From the NCBI GenBank assembly GCA_017451505.1, contig JAFTOF010000002.1:129679-193678 (forward strand): a stretch of DNA of 64,000 nt. The letters are read 5' to 3'. The notes under the pieces are model-generated. The model did not search any database. It saw only the letters and a program-made list of their open reading frames with translations, and was not told the origin of the DNA. A program made the position numbers and the translations under genes. Numbering within the stretch: position 1 is the first letter of the stretch; every line of letters begins with the position of its first letter. Positions 1-9,639 of this stretch are shown here, piece after piece. The stretch comes from Clostridia bacterium (GTDB lineage Bacteria; Bacillota; Clostridia; UMGS1883).

Positions 1-489
1 ACTGAAACAGAGATGAAAGAGATGAAGCTTCGTATAGAAGATGCCCTTGCAGCTACAAGAGCCGCTGTGGAGGAAGGTATCGTAGCAGGCGGCGGCACAA
101 GCTATATTGCGGCAACCGCATGTGTGAAAAAGCTTACAGAAACTCTTGCAGGTGACGAAAAGACAGGTGCTTCAATCGTGCTTCGTGCTATCGAGGAGCC
201 TGTTAAGCAGATTTGTGCAAATGCAGGTATCGAGGGTGCGGTTGTTGTTGAAAAGATTAAAACAAGCGAAAACGGTATCGGCTATAATGCACTTACAGAC
301 GAGTATGTTGATATGATGAAGGCAGGTATTGTTGACCCTGCAAAGGTAACAAGAAGTGCACTCCAGAACGCGGCTTCTGTTGCAAGCATGGTTCTTACAA
401 CAGAATCAATCGTTGCAGATAAGCCCAAGGATGACGGCGGTGCTGCGGCAGCGGCACAGGCAGCAGCTATGGGCGGCGGAATGTATTAA
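1..489 (+). CDS. groEL: Chaperonin GroEL, C-terminal part; the gene begins upstream of the window
   Basis: The translation has the typical GroEL equatorial C-terminal sequence and ends with the hallmark Gly-Gly-Met tail (AAMGGGMY). The reading frame is open from base 1. Confidence 0.95.
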   Translation, partial: TETEMKEMKLRIEDALAATRAAVEEGIVAGGGTSYIAATACVKKLTETLAGDEKTGASIVLRAIEEPVKQICANAGIEGAVVVEKIKTSENGIGYNALTDEYVDMMKAGIVDPAKVTRSALQNAASVASMVLTTESIVADKPKDDGGAAAAAQAAAMGGGMY

Positions 490-564
490 TAACAAAAAGC
501 TGTGGACTTTCCACAGCTTTTTTGTTATAATCAAGTTACTGAATAAAAAGGCAGGAATATTTCT

Positions 565-1491
565 ATGGCACTATCTTTTGCCCCCCTTGAAGGCATTACA
601 TCATATGTATATCGAAACACGCATGCGGAATATTTCGGCGGATGCGATAAATATTATACTCCCTTTATCTCCCCCTCCGATAACACGAAAATCGGGAGAA
701 AAGGCTTTAAGGATATGCTCCCCGAAAATAACAGCGTTATCAAACCCATTGTGCAAACCCTTACTAATAATTCTGAGTCTTTCATAAAATTTGCCCAGAA
801 GGTTAAGGAATATGGCTACGATGAAATCAATTTGAATCTGGGATGCCCGTCAGGGACAGTTGTAAATAAAAAACGCGGAAGCGGACTTCTTCGCGAAAAA
901 GAACTTTTAAAAAGCTTTCTTGATGAAATTTTTGAGAAGAGCCATATTGACATATCAATAAAAACAAGAATAGGCTTTTCCTCCCCCGATGAATTTGACG
1001 AAATTTTAGAGCTTTATAATGGCTACCCCATTAAGGAATTGATTGTGCATCCAAGATGCCGTGAGGATTTTTATAAAGGTGAAATAAATTACGAGGCATT
1101 TCAGACGGCGTATGACAAAAGCCGTGCCCCCGTTTGCTATAACGGAAATATCTTCACGACCGATGACTATTTACAAACAAAAGGAAAATACCCCAATCTA
1201 AATCATATAATGCTTGGCAGGGGTGCTGTGGCAAATCCCGCACTTATGCGTGAAATTAAGGGCGGAGATAGGATTACTACGGCTGAAATGGTAGAATTCA
1301 CACACATTCTTGCCGACAAATATAATAGGATACTTTCCTCCGACCATTTTACAATGCACAAATTAAAGGAAATATGGCTATTTATGATGTGGAATTTCCC
1401 CAATGAAGAAAAAGTACTTAAGACTGTCCGCCGCACAGAAAAGCTATCGGAGCTTCTTCGGGCGATTGAGACACTTCCCGCTCTTGGTTAA
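565..1491 (+). CDS. dus: tRNA-dihydrouridine synthase (Dus family)
   Basis: FAPLEGITSYVYR matches the LAPMAGxTD N-terminal motif. The NLGCP active-site motif and the ~308-aa TIM-barrel size match Dus enzymes. Confidence 0.85.
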   Translation: MALSFAPLEGITSYVYRNTHAEYFGGCDKYYTPFISPSDNTKIGRKGFKDMLPENNSVIKPIVQTLTNNSESFIKFAQKVKEYGYDEINLNLGCPSGTVVNKKRGSGLLREKELLKSFLDEIFEKSHIDISIKTRIGFSSPDEFDEILELYNGYPIKELIVHPRCREDFYKGEINYEAFQTAYDKSRAPVCYNGNIFTTDDYLQTKGKYPNLNHIMLGRGAVANPALMREIKGGDRITTAEMVEFTHILADKYNRILSSDHFTMHKLKEIWLFMMWNFPNEEKVLKTVRRTEKLSELLRAIETLPALG

Positions 1492-1586
1492 AATTTCAAA
1501 AACTTTAAGGTTATTTTAATGTTATACCTTTACAATAAAGTTAACGTGATAGCTATTATGTTACATATTTCTAAATTATATTAAGG

Positions 1587-2108
1587 ATGGTGTCTATGAA
1601 AAAAAACAAAATTATCGCCACAGTAGTTGCAGCAATATTGGTGATTGGCGGAATTTCCGTTTTTGCGGAGCAATCTGCTGAAAGCAAAAAGACCACACCC
1701 AAAACGAAAATTGAGTTTATGCAGGAGCAAAAAGAAGCATTTGTTGATAAATGCAAGGAAAATCTTGCAACAAAGCTCGCAGAGGGTAAAATCACTCAAG
1801 CAGAATATGATGAGCAGCTTCAGAGAATCGAAAGCGGTGAGCTTCCCGCTTTAAAGGGCAGAGGCTTCGGCAAAGGAAAGCATTTTCAGAAAAAAGAAAT
1901 GACAGAAGAAGAAAAGGCTCAAATGAAGGCTAAAATGCAGGAAAAGGCTAAGGAACGCCTTGAAAAGCAGCTTAGTGAAGGTAAAATTACTCAGGAAAAG
2001 TATGATGAGCAGCTTTCAAAAATCGAAAGCGGTGAACTCTCTGTTTCAAAGGGCAGAAGCTTCGGCAAAAGAAAGCATTTTCAGAAAAAAGAAGTAACAG
2101 AAGAATAG
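1587..2108 (+). CDS. Secreted or membrane-anchored hypothetical protein with two SHOCT-like internal repeats
   Basis: N-terminal signal peptide or TM segment (KKNKIIATVVAAILVIGGISVFA). A ~60-aa module is duplicated: (A/S)EGKITQxxYDEQLxxIESGELxxxKGRxFGKxKHFQKKE(M/V)TEE. The L-x-EGKIT-xxEYD pattern resembles the SHOCT short C-terminal domain. Confidence 0.5.
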   Translation: MVSMKKNKIIATVVAAILVIGGISVFAEQSAESKKTTPKTKIEFMQEQKEAFVDKCKENLATKLAEGKITQAEYDEQLQRIESGELPALKGRGFGKGKHFQKKEMTEEEKAQMKAKMQEKAKERLEKQLSEGKITQEKYDEQLSKIESGELSVSKGRSFGKRKHFQKKEVTEE

Positions 2109-2121
2109 AAAATAAATTAAA

Positions 2122-2165
2122 AATATGCTCCCAAAAATCCAGACTTTTTGGGAGCATATTTTTAA
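2122..2165. terminator. Bidirectional rho-independent terminator between convergent genes
   Basis: Perfect hairpin atgctcccaaaaa / tttttgggagcat with an A-run before it and a T-run after it. Confidence 0.55.
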
Positions 2166-2213
2166 TTTATTTTTATACCATACTCGAAAAAGGCACATAG
2201 CAGATTACAGGGC

Positions 2214-2696
2214 TTATTTCTTAATGTCCTTTGCTACCTTTGAACTTTTCTTTTTAGTGTCTTCTACAATAGACTTTTCAGCATTAACGGTCTTCTTTGC
2301 AGTCTCTTTTTTTACAGGAGCTTTTTTTACCGCAGTTTTCTTTGCAGCAGGCTTTGACGCTGTCTTTTTCGCAGGAGCTTTCACAAGCTTAATAAGCTCT
2401 TGTGCTAAATCAATATCGCCCTCAATCATCAAAATTCCCTCCGCGAAGCTTTCTTCGGGGGTCTTTTCTCCGTTTACAAGCTTAACAAGCTCGTCGGCGG
2501 TGATATAAACCTTAGCATCACGGTCGTAATATTCATAGGGTTCAACAGTGATAGCACCGTCATTTACCTCTACGTAAAAAGCACCCTCACCCTCTCCGTA
2601 AATATCAAATTCGACCGCTATATGCTTTTCAATTTTCTTTGCAGCAGTCTTTTTTAAGTTTTTTTGCACAAATTCAATAATTTCTTCATATCTCAT
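2214..2696 (-). CDS. SCP2 sterol-carrier-like domain protein with a lysine/alanine-rich histone-H1-like C-terminal tail
   Basis: The N-terminal ~100 aa resemble the SCP2 fold (ends with EGDIDLAQELIKL). The C-terminal 55 aa are KAPAKKTASKPAAKKTAVKK-type low-complexity repeats. Confidence 0.55.
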   Translation of the reverse strand: MRYEEIIEFVQKNLKKTAAKKIEKHIAVEFDIYGEGEGAFYVEVNDGAITVEPYEYYDRDAKVYITADELVKLVNGEKTPEESFAEGILMIEGDIDLAQELIKLVKAPAKKTASKPAAKKTAVKKAPVKKETAKKTVNAEKSIVEDTKKKSSKVAKDIKK

Positions 2697-2926
2697 ATTT
2701 AATATCTCCTCTCAATACTATTTATTATATTATGCCACGCCCGCAGATAAAATGCAATACCGATATAAGACTATTTTATTAATTTTTCGGTATAATATGC
2801 CGAAAAAAGCAAATTTTTACGTTTTAATATTGAATTCATCGCAAAAAAGAGTATAATATTGTATAGTGCAGTAATAATTGAGCACCTATTGTTTGAGTAT
2901 TATTTCGCCAGAAAGGAGCTGCGTTA

Positions 2927-3819
2927 TGGAAAAAAAACTTTTACTCGTTTATAATCCTGTAAGCGGCAAAGCTCAGATAAAACATTATCTTTCAGATATT
3001 ATAGACATATATTCTTCGCACGATTATTGTATTACACTCCACCCTACAAAATGTGCTAAAGACGGCTATGAATATATTAAAGAACATATGGCAGAATACG
3101 AGGTTATTTCTGTCTGCGGCGGCGACGGAATGTTGAATGAAGCAGTCAGTGCCCTGATGTGCGTTGAGCCTGAAAAAAGGCCCAAGCTGGCATATCTGCC
3201 ATCGGGAAGCACAAACGATTTTGCAGGAACTATCGGTATTCCCTCCGACGTCCGCAAGGCGGCAAAAATGGTTGTGGAGGGTACACCTTTCTTTTGCGAT
3301 GCAGGAAGAATGAACGACAAGCATTTTGCCTATGTTGCAGCTTTTGGTGCATTTACATCTGTTTCATATGATACCTCGCAGGAATTTAAAAACATCTTCG
3401 GTCATATGGCATATATTATTGAGGGAATCCGTCAGCTTTCTTCAATAAAGGTTATACATGCAACGGTTAAATTTGATGATGTGGTTATTGAAGATGATTT
3501 TATATTGGGTGCAGTAAGCAACTCCTTCCAGATCGCAGGAATGAAGCATACTTTAGGAGCTACCATTTCACTAAACGACGGTCTTTTTGAAGTGCTTCTT
3601 ATTAAAAAGCCTAAAAATGCTCTTGGATATCAGAATATTCTTTCCGCTTTTGTGACGGGTAATATAGAAAAAACAGAAAATATCATAAGCTTTAAGGCAT
3701 CAAAGGTTACCTTTGAATGCGATGAACCGATTAAATGGACGGTTGACGGCGAATACGGCGGAGAATTGACCTTTGCCGAAATAGTTAATATTCCCCGTGC
3801 ATTCTCGGTAATAGTGTAG
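2927..3819 (+). CDS. YegS/BmrU/DagK-family lipid kinase (diacylglycerol kinase catalytic domain)
   Basis: LLLVYNPVSGK followed by the GGDGMLNE motif. An AGGAG ribosome-binding site sits 10 nt upstream of the ATG at 2927. The ORF-track start at 2878 has no RBS. Confidence 0.8.
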
Positions 3820-3832
3820 TTAATGATAGAAT

Positions 3833-3870
3833 AAGGAGGAACTGAAACTCAATTTCAGTTCCTCCTTCGT
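3833..3870. terminator. Bidirectional terminator hairpin
   Basis: aaggaggaactgaaa ctcaa tttcagttcctcctt, a perfect 15-bp stem, lying between convergent genes. Confidence 0.55.
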
Positions 3871-3901
3871 TAAATTCGGTTAGTTACTAAAACATAATAA
3901 C

Positions 3902-4987
3902 TTACATATACTTTTGTACAATTCTTGCCATTTCGGGAAGTTTCTTTTCTATATCTTCTACCAGTGCAAATTGGTTCCTCGCACGGTCAAGATTATGATG
4001 CTCTCTGTGTATTTTAAAATATGTATCTCCATTAATATAATCTGCAAGGAATCTTATTCCGCACTCATATGTCATAAGAAGTGCAGAAAGAGGTAGAAGC
4101 TCCGCCTCTTTTTTCGTAAGATTTGCCCCGACCTCACATAGGAAACCCTTGGCAAAAGCCTCATACTTATCAAGGTCAAAATAAACCTTTTCAAGGTCGG
4201 TTTCATCCTCGGCACATGACGATGCCCCAAACCTAAGTGCATCACCAAAATCATATAAAAGCGAACCTGGCATTACCGTGTCAAGGTCGATTACACAAAC
4301 TCCTTTATCGGTTTTATCATCAAAAAGTACATTGTTGAGTTTAGTATCATTATGGGTTACTCTAAGCGGTACATCACCCATTTCCATAGCATCGGTAATT
4401 TCTGAAGAATATTTGCTATAATCAAGAGCAAATTTAACCTCATCCTTGACACTGTCAAGTCTTCCGGAGAGATTGCCTTTTATGGCTTCCTGAAGCTGCT
4501 TTACACGCATGGGGGTATTGTGGAAATCTACAATGGTTTCATGAAGCTTTTCTGCGGGAAAATCGCTTAACATTCTCTGAAATTTTCCGAATGCCTCTCC
4601 TGCATAGGTAAGGATTTCTGGACGCTCTGCCACATCATAGCTTACGGAACGTTCAACGAATTTGTACATGCGGAATGCCGCACCGTCGGGATGGGTATAA
4701 TAAATCTCACCTGTTTTGGTGGGAATTACATTGAGAGTTTCCCTATCGGGTTCACCGCCTGCCTCCTTGATTTTTTCCCTTACATGGCAAGTTACATTAT
4801 AGATATTTTCCATAACCGCAGCGGGGTCTTTGAACACATTTGTATTGATTTTTTGCAAAATGAATCTGGGAGAGGTTTCGCAAAGATATGTATCGTTAAT
4901 ATGTCCGTTTCCGTAAAGCTCTATTTTAGTATCAATATTAAATTTAGTAAGTATATCTTTAAGATCGTACTGCTTAGATTCCATCAT
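3902..4987 (-). CDS. nahK: N-acetylhexosamine 1-kinase (APH-fold sugar kinase, NahK-like)
   Basis: Near-identical blocks to Bifidobacterium NahK as I remember it: YGNGHINDTYL, RVTHNDTKLNNVLFD, GSLLYDFGDALRFGAS, ELLPLSALLMTYECGIRFLADY. GGAGGG RBS before the ATGATG at 4987. Confidence 0.8.
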   Translation of the reverse strand: MMESKQYDLKDILTKFNIDTKIELYGNGHINDTYLCETSPRFILQKINTNVFKDPAAVMENIYNVTCHVREKIKEAGGEPDRETLNVIPTKTGEIYYTHPDGAAFRMYKFVERSVSYDVAERPEILTYAGEAFGKFQRMLSDFPAEKLHETIVDFHNTPMRVKQLQEAIKGNLSGRLDSVKDEVKFALDYSKYSSEITDAMEMGDVPLRVTHNDTKLNNVLFDDKTDKGVCVIDLDTVMPGSLLYDFGDALRFGASSCAEDETDLEKVYFDLDKYEAFAKGFLCEVGANLTKKEAELLPLSALLMTYECGIRFLADYINGDTYFKIHREHHNLDRARNQFALVEDIEKKLPEMARIVQKYM

Positions 4988-5255
4988 ATATTCCCTCCGC
5001 AAAGAGTTTTTTAACGGCACTTACAACAGATTCCTTATCCTCACGATAAGTAACGCCGTACCATTTTTCCTGGGTTGTGAGAACTTTTACCCTTTCGCCA
5101 TTTTCCTTTATTGCACAGTCAATAACAAAGGGGATATAGAATTCATCTTTCATAGGATTTGAAAGATTTTCAAGAAATTTTACAAAATCTACCCCGACAC
5201 GGCTGAAAATTTCAGGTCTGAGTCCCCCAAATCTGTTTCCCACTCCGGCAGCCAT
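4974..5255 (-). CDS. Short ORF with a nucleotidyltransferase-like N-terminal motif; possibly a gene remnant
   Basis: The frame is open upstream of the first ATG, reading ...KDATIVVMAAGVGNRFGG. That resembles the GalU/RmlA-type AAGxGTRF signature. The product is only ~100 aa against ~230+ aa for that fold. Confidence 0.3.
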   Translation of the reverse strand: MAAGVGNRFGGLRPEIFSRVGVDFVKFLENLSNPMKDEFYIPFVIDCAIKENGERVKVLTTQEKWYGVTYREDKESVVSAVKKLFAEGIYDGI

Positions 5256-5318
5256 AACAACAATTGTTGCATCTTTGCTGATATAAAACGCCGCCTTTAT
5301 ATATACTCTGTATTTTTA

Positions 5319-6053
5319 TTATACATATTTCATAAGAGCGAGTGCCGCTTCATCTGCAACAATTGTTACATCGTTGTGAAGCTGAAGTATTGATGCCTGA
5401 TTCTTGGGAGTAACAGGACCGCAAATTGCTTCATACAAAGCCTTTGCCTTGTTTTCGCCCGAAGCTATAAGGAGAATCTTTTTAGCCTGCATTATGCTCT
5501 TAATACCCATTGTGTATGCTTCCTTGGGAACTTCATCAATGGTGTCGAAAAATCTGGAATTTGCATTGATTGTGCTTTCAGTAAGCTTTACGCAATGCGT
5601 TTCTGTTTCAAAAGCACATCCCGGTTCATTAAATCCGATATGTCCGTTCCCGCCTATTCCTAAAAGCTGCATATCAATTCCGCCCACACTGCGAATTACA
5701 TTGTTATATCTTTCGCACTCAATGTCACTGTTTTCCTGTGTTCCGTCAGGTATATTGACATTCTTTTTATCGATATTGATGTGGTCAAAAAAGTTTTCAC
5801 ACATAAATCTGTAGTAGCTCTGGGGATTGTCTTTTGTAAGCCCCTTGTACTCGTCAAGGTTCACTGTAGTAACGAGCGAAAAATCAATATCGCCCTTCTT
5901 ATACCATTCAACAAGCTGAGAATATGCACCCAAAGGGGTCGAGCCTGTTGCCAGACCTAAAACCGCATCGGGTTTCATAATTACCTGTGCTGAAAGAATG
6001 TTTGCTGCCTTTCGGCTCATGTCATTGTAATCTTTAGCCTTATAAATTTTCAT
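5319..6053 (-). CDS. nagB: Glucosamine-6-phosphate deaminase
   Basis: MKIYKAKDY...LGLATGSTPLG...IGGNGHIGFNEP are canonical NagB motifs. Length is 244 aa. Confidence 0.92.
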   Translation of the reverse strand: MKIYKAKDYNDMSRKAANILSAQVIMKPDAVLGLATGSTPLGAYSQLVEWYKKGDIDFSLVTTVNLDEYKGLTKDNPQSYYRFMCENFFDHINIDKKNVNIPDGTQENSDIECERYNNVIRSVGGIDMQLLGIGGNGHIGFNEPGCAFETETHCVKLTESTINANSRFFDTIDEVPKEAYTMGIKSIMQAKKILLIASGENKAKALYEAICGPVTPKNQASILQLHNDVTIVADEAALALMKYV

Positions 6054-6243
6054 TCTTTTCTATCTCCTTCTCTATATCCCTGCAAATAATGAAAACTATG
6101 TATTAAAGTATGCCTTATGTACAATCTGTATTTTATTATACATAATTCTTAAAAAATGTATTTGCACAAAAGTAATTTTTTTTTGCATTTTCATCATTGA
6201 TTTATTAATATTTTCATGATATAGTTAAATTGGAGGCGATAAT

Positions 6244-7128
6244 ATGGAAAAGTACCACGGAATGAAGCTTAAAACTACTATAAATATCGGTAAGCTTTAC
6301 AGTGTGCATTATTTTGAATATCCCTCAAACTTTAAATTTGAGGGGGAAAGTCATGATTTCTGGGAAGCTGTTTACGCCGATAAGGGTGACATTACAATTT
6401 TTGCTGAGGACAGAGAATTTGTACTCCATCAGGGAAATATCTTTTTCCACAAGCCCAACCAGTGGCACACCCTGCACTCTTCGGAGCAAATTGCAAACAA
6501 TGTGGCGATTATTTCCTTTGAGTGTACCTCTCCCGATATGAGCTTTTTTGAGGACAAAATGCTGACCGTTGGGCAGGAGCACAAAACAATTATTTCCAAA
6601 ATAATTTCCGAGTACACGGGTGCATTTTCAACGCCTCTTAATAATCCATATACCACAAACATTACGAGAAAAAAGGAATCAATATTAGGTTCCGAGCAAT
6701 TGGTGAAGCAATACATAGCGGAGCTTCTCATTTCCTTTCTGCGTGGCACTGCCTCAACTCTTTCCCGTTCACAGATGAGCATCAACCGCGAGAGTGCTCT
6801 TTGCAACATGCTTGTTAACTATATGGTAGACCATATTACAGAGAGCATAACCATAAACGAATTGGTCCGTTACAGCGGTTTTAACAAGACTACGATTGCT
6901 TCCGTTTTCCGCAACACCTTTGATATGAGTACTATGGAATATTTTATAAACCTTAAAATAGACCTTGCCAAAAAATACTTGCGTGAGGATAATTACAACA
7001 TATCCCAGATTTCATACATTTTAGGTTATTCAAGCATTCATTATTTTTCAAGGCAGTTTAAAAAAGTAACGGGGCTAAGCCCCGTAGAATATTGTTCGTC
7101 AATAAAGGCAATAGTAGAAAAAAAGTAA
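6244..7128 (+). CDS. AraC-family transcriptional regulator with an N-terminal cupin sensor domain
   Basis: C-terminal double HTH (ISQISYILGYSSIHYFSRQFKKVTGLSPVEY). The N-terminal domain is cupin-like. Confidence 0.85.
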   Translation: MEKYHGMKLKTTINIGKLYSVHYFEYPSNFKFEGESHDFWEAVYADKGDITIFAEDREFVLHQGNIFFHKPNQWHTLHSSEQIANNVAIISFECTSPDMSFFEDKMLTVGQEHKTIISKIISEYTGAFSTPLNNPYTTNITRKKESILGSEQLVKQYIAELLISFLRGTASTLSRSQMSINRESALCNMLVNYMVDHITESITINELVRYSGFNKTTIASVFRNTFDMSTMEYFINLKIDLAKKYLREDNYNISQISYILGYSSIHYFSRQFKKVTGLSPVEYCSSIKAIVEKK

Positions 7129-7141
7129 TTGGCTGGGCCAA

Positions 7142-8194
7142 TTACTTTTTTTCTACTATAATTTTGCTTTCAATATTCATAAATATTTTCTTTATCTTCA
7201 AAATTCCAAACAGGATATGTCTCACAAGGTCAATCATTGAACATACAAACCATATTGCAAGTGCCGTAAGTATTGACATACCAATCATTTTAACAGGCGA
7301 ATAAAAGGCAAAGGACACGTATCTGTTAAAAAGCCAATTATGCCATATCAAAGGATGTGTATGTATTAAAAACACGCCAAAGGCAAGCGGAGAAAAGAAT
7401 GAAATTATCTTTGCGGCATATTTTCCTGCATTGATTTTCGAAAATCCAATCACAAGGGATGCCGCCGCAATTAACATTGTAGGTGAAATATAGCTTACAA
7501 AAAAGCTATCCTTAGGGTACGGGATATAAAATTTATTCAGCCACGAAAGAACAACGCATAAAATATATACCCCGAAAGCCGTCTTTTTGCCGATTCGTGA
7601 AAAATCAAGAAGTTTAAGACATCCTCCCAATACATAAAGAGCAATTATCCACAATGCACTATATCCCAAGTTAAGGTTAAATACATCGCAATGAAACATT
7701 GTGGGCAAAACCGTAAACAGGAGCAAAACAGTCAATAGAAGCGTCTTAATTTCCCTTTTACTCAGTGAAACAAGCATTTTATTTATAAACGGAATAAAGA
7801 AAAACAAACAAAAATACGCTGTAAAATACCAATACTGATTATATATAAATGGAAAAAACGCTCTGAAAAATACGCCCTCGGAAAGAACTTCGGGTTTATA
7901 AAAGCTGTACCCAAGTGCGATAAGCACTGTATAAAAAACAACCTGCAAATAGAGCATTATGATATTGGTATATTTATGTTTTGACGTAACCCCTACATAG
8001 CCCGATATAACTGCATAGCAATTTGCCGCACAAAATGCCGCCGTTTCAAAAAACCATACTGTCTTGCTGTTTATACCTACGGCTGTATAAAGTATTCCTC
8101 CCTGTCCGAAAACATGGAGAAGCGTCACCATCATCATTGACACAATACGCAGGAGGTCAATTCCGTAATTTCGATTAGTCTTTTCCATTAGCAT
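7142..8194 (-). CDS. Acyltransferase family 3 (OatA-like) integral membrane protein
   Basis: GIDLLRIVSMMMVTLLHV N-terminal signature, with ~10 predicted TM segments. Confidence 0.8.
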   Translation of the reverse strand: MLMEKTNRNYGIDLLRIVSMMMVTLLHVFGQGGILYTAVGINSKTVWFFETAAFCAANCYAVISGYVGVTSKHKYTNIIMLYLQVVFYTVLIALGYSFYKPEVLSEGVFFRAFFPFIYNQYWYFTAYFCLFFFIPFINKMLVSLSKREIKTLLLTVLLLFTVLPTMFHCDVFNLNLGYSALWIIALYVLGGCLKLLDFSRIGKKTAFGVYILCVVLSWLNKFYIPYPKDSFFVSYISPTMLIAAASLVIGFSKINAGKYAAKIISFFSPLAFGVFLIHTHPLIWHNWLFNRYVSFAFYSPVKMIGMSILTALAIWFVCSMIDLVRHILFGILKIKKIFMNIESKIIVEKK

Positions 8195-9639
8195 TACTCC
8201 CTGATAAGTTCACTGTTTCTGCAATATTTAATAATTTCTCTTACAATCGGTCCGCAATTACTTCCGCCGTATCCTCCGTTTTCCACCATCACGCAGAATG
8301 CAATCTGCGGATTATTTGCAGGAGCAAAACCAACGTACCAAGCGTGCGGGGATTTTCCTTCTACCTGAGCTGTACCCGTTTTTCCGCCGAACTTAAATCC
8401 GGAAATCCTTGCACTTCTTCCCGTTCCTTCTTCAACGCAATCAACCATATAAGTCCTTATAAGGCGTGCGGCACGCTCGCTGCATCCTCTTGACAAAATG
8501 GCTCTTTCTGCACTGTAGTCCACCTTGCTATTTCGTCTTGAGGTTTCTACAAGATATGGCACAGGAATTTTTCCGTCGTTTGCTATGGCGGATACTGCCA
8601 AAGTCATATGAAGAGGGCTTAACTTTACAGGCTCCTGACCAAAAGCAACTGATGCCATTGCCGCAGTGTCGCAGTCGCTAAGATTGACGGTCTGCACTGA
8701 ATTTTCCCCTCGTTTAAGTATTGTGATACCGCTTTCTATTGTATTTAACCCGTCAAAAGGAATCTGCTTCGTTACCAAAAACTTATCAAGGCTTTCAATC
8801 ATATTTTCCTTTCCGATTTGTTTTGAAATATCGGTAAAGTACACATTGCTTGATTTAACGATTGCTTTTCGCATATCGGTTTTTCCCATCGCCTTTGAAC
8901 CGTCATTTCCAAACACTGCACCGCCTACATTGATTGAGCCTGTTTCGTCCATTATCTCGTAGTCCTCAAGTCCGTTATCAATAGCCGCAGCCGCAGTTAT
9001 TATTTTGAATGTAGAGCCTGGGCAGAACTGATTATTTACAGCATCAAAACGATAATCAATTTTCCCGCCTGAGCTTATGACCTTTTTCATTTCGTCAATG
9101 TTTGGATTAAATGCCTTTGTCGAATAAGCACAGTATACCTCACCCGTTTTAGGATTCATCACGATTACATTCGCGTTTTTCCTGTCACCGAAACGGTTTT
9201 TTACTGCTTTATCCACATGAGCGGTCAGATTATGGTCAATAGTCAGATACAAATCCTGACCTTTGTTTTCAACATTCTTCCCCTTTTCGTAAAGCACGCT
9301 GAGCATAGTTGGGTTAGCACTTAAATAGCTGTCGTACTCCTTTTCAAGGCCGCTTCTTCCATACTCTCTGCTGAAATGCCCCACGACATGGGCATATAGC
9401 TTGCCATAGGGATACACACGCTTTTGGAGATTTCCCTCTCCCTCGCTTTTTGCTAAAATGGTTTCCCCTGTTCTGTCATAAATCGTTCCGCGGGTAACCT
9501 CATAAAGTCTGGGATTATGGACATCCTCCACATACTCCCTTGACTCAAAAATTATAAAATAATTTAAGTGAAGCATAAGCACAAAGAAAAGAGAAAGTAA
9601 CAAGGTCATTGCACGGATAATACGCTTATTCAAGTTCAT
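8194..9639 (-). CDS. Penicillin-binding protein 2-type peptidoglycan D,D-transpeptidase
   Basis: N-terminal TM segment. Transpeptidase SxxK motif (PGSTFKI), plus the SSN- and KTGT-type motifs (GGKTGTAQ). Translationally coupled to the upstream RodA/FtsW gene. Confidence 0.88.
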   Translation of the reverse strand: MNLNKRIIRAMTLLLSLFFVLMLHLNYFIIFESREYVEDVHNPRLYEVTRGTIYDRTGETILAKSEGEGNLQKRVYPYGKLYAHVVGHFSREYGRSGLEKEYDSYLSANPTMLSVLYEKGKNVENKGQDLYLTIDHNLTAHVDKAVKNRFGDRKNANVIVMNPKTGEVYCAYSTKAFNPNIDEMKKVISSGGKIDYRFDAVNNQFCPGSTFKIITAAAAIDNGLEDYEIMDETGSINVGGAVFGNDGSKAMGKTDMRKAIVKSSNVYFTDISKQIGKENMIESLDKFLVTKQIPFDGLNTIESGITILKRGENSVQTVNLSDCDTAAMASVAFGQEPVKLSPLHMTLAVSAIANDGKIPVPYLVETSRRNSKVDYSAERAILSRGCSERAARLIRTYMVDCVEEGTGRSARISGFKFGGKTGTAQVEGKSPHAWYVGFAPANNPQIAFCVMVENGGYGGSNCGPIVREIIKYCRNSELIRE

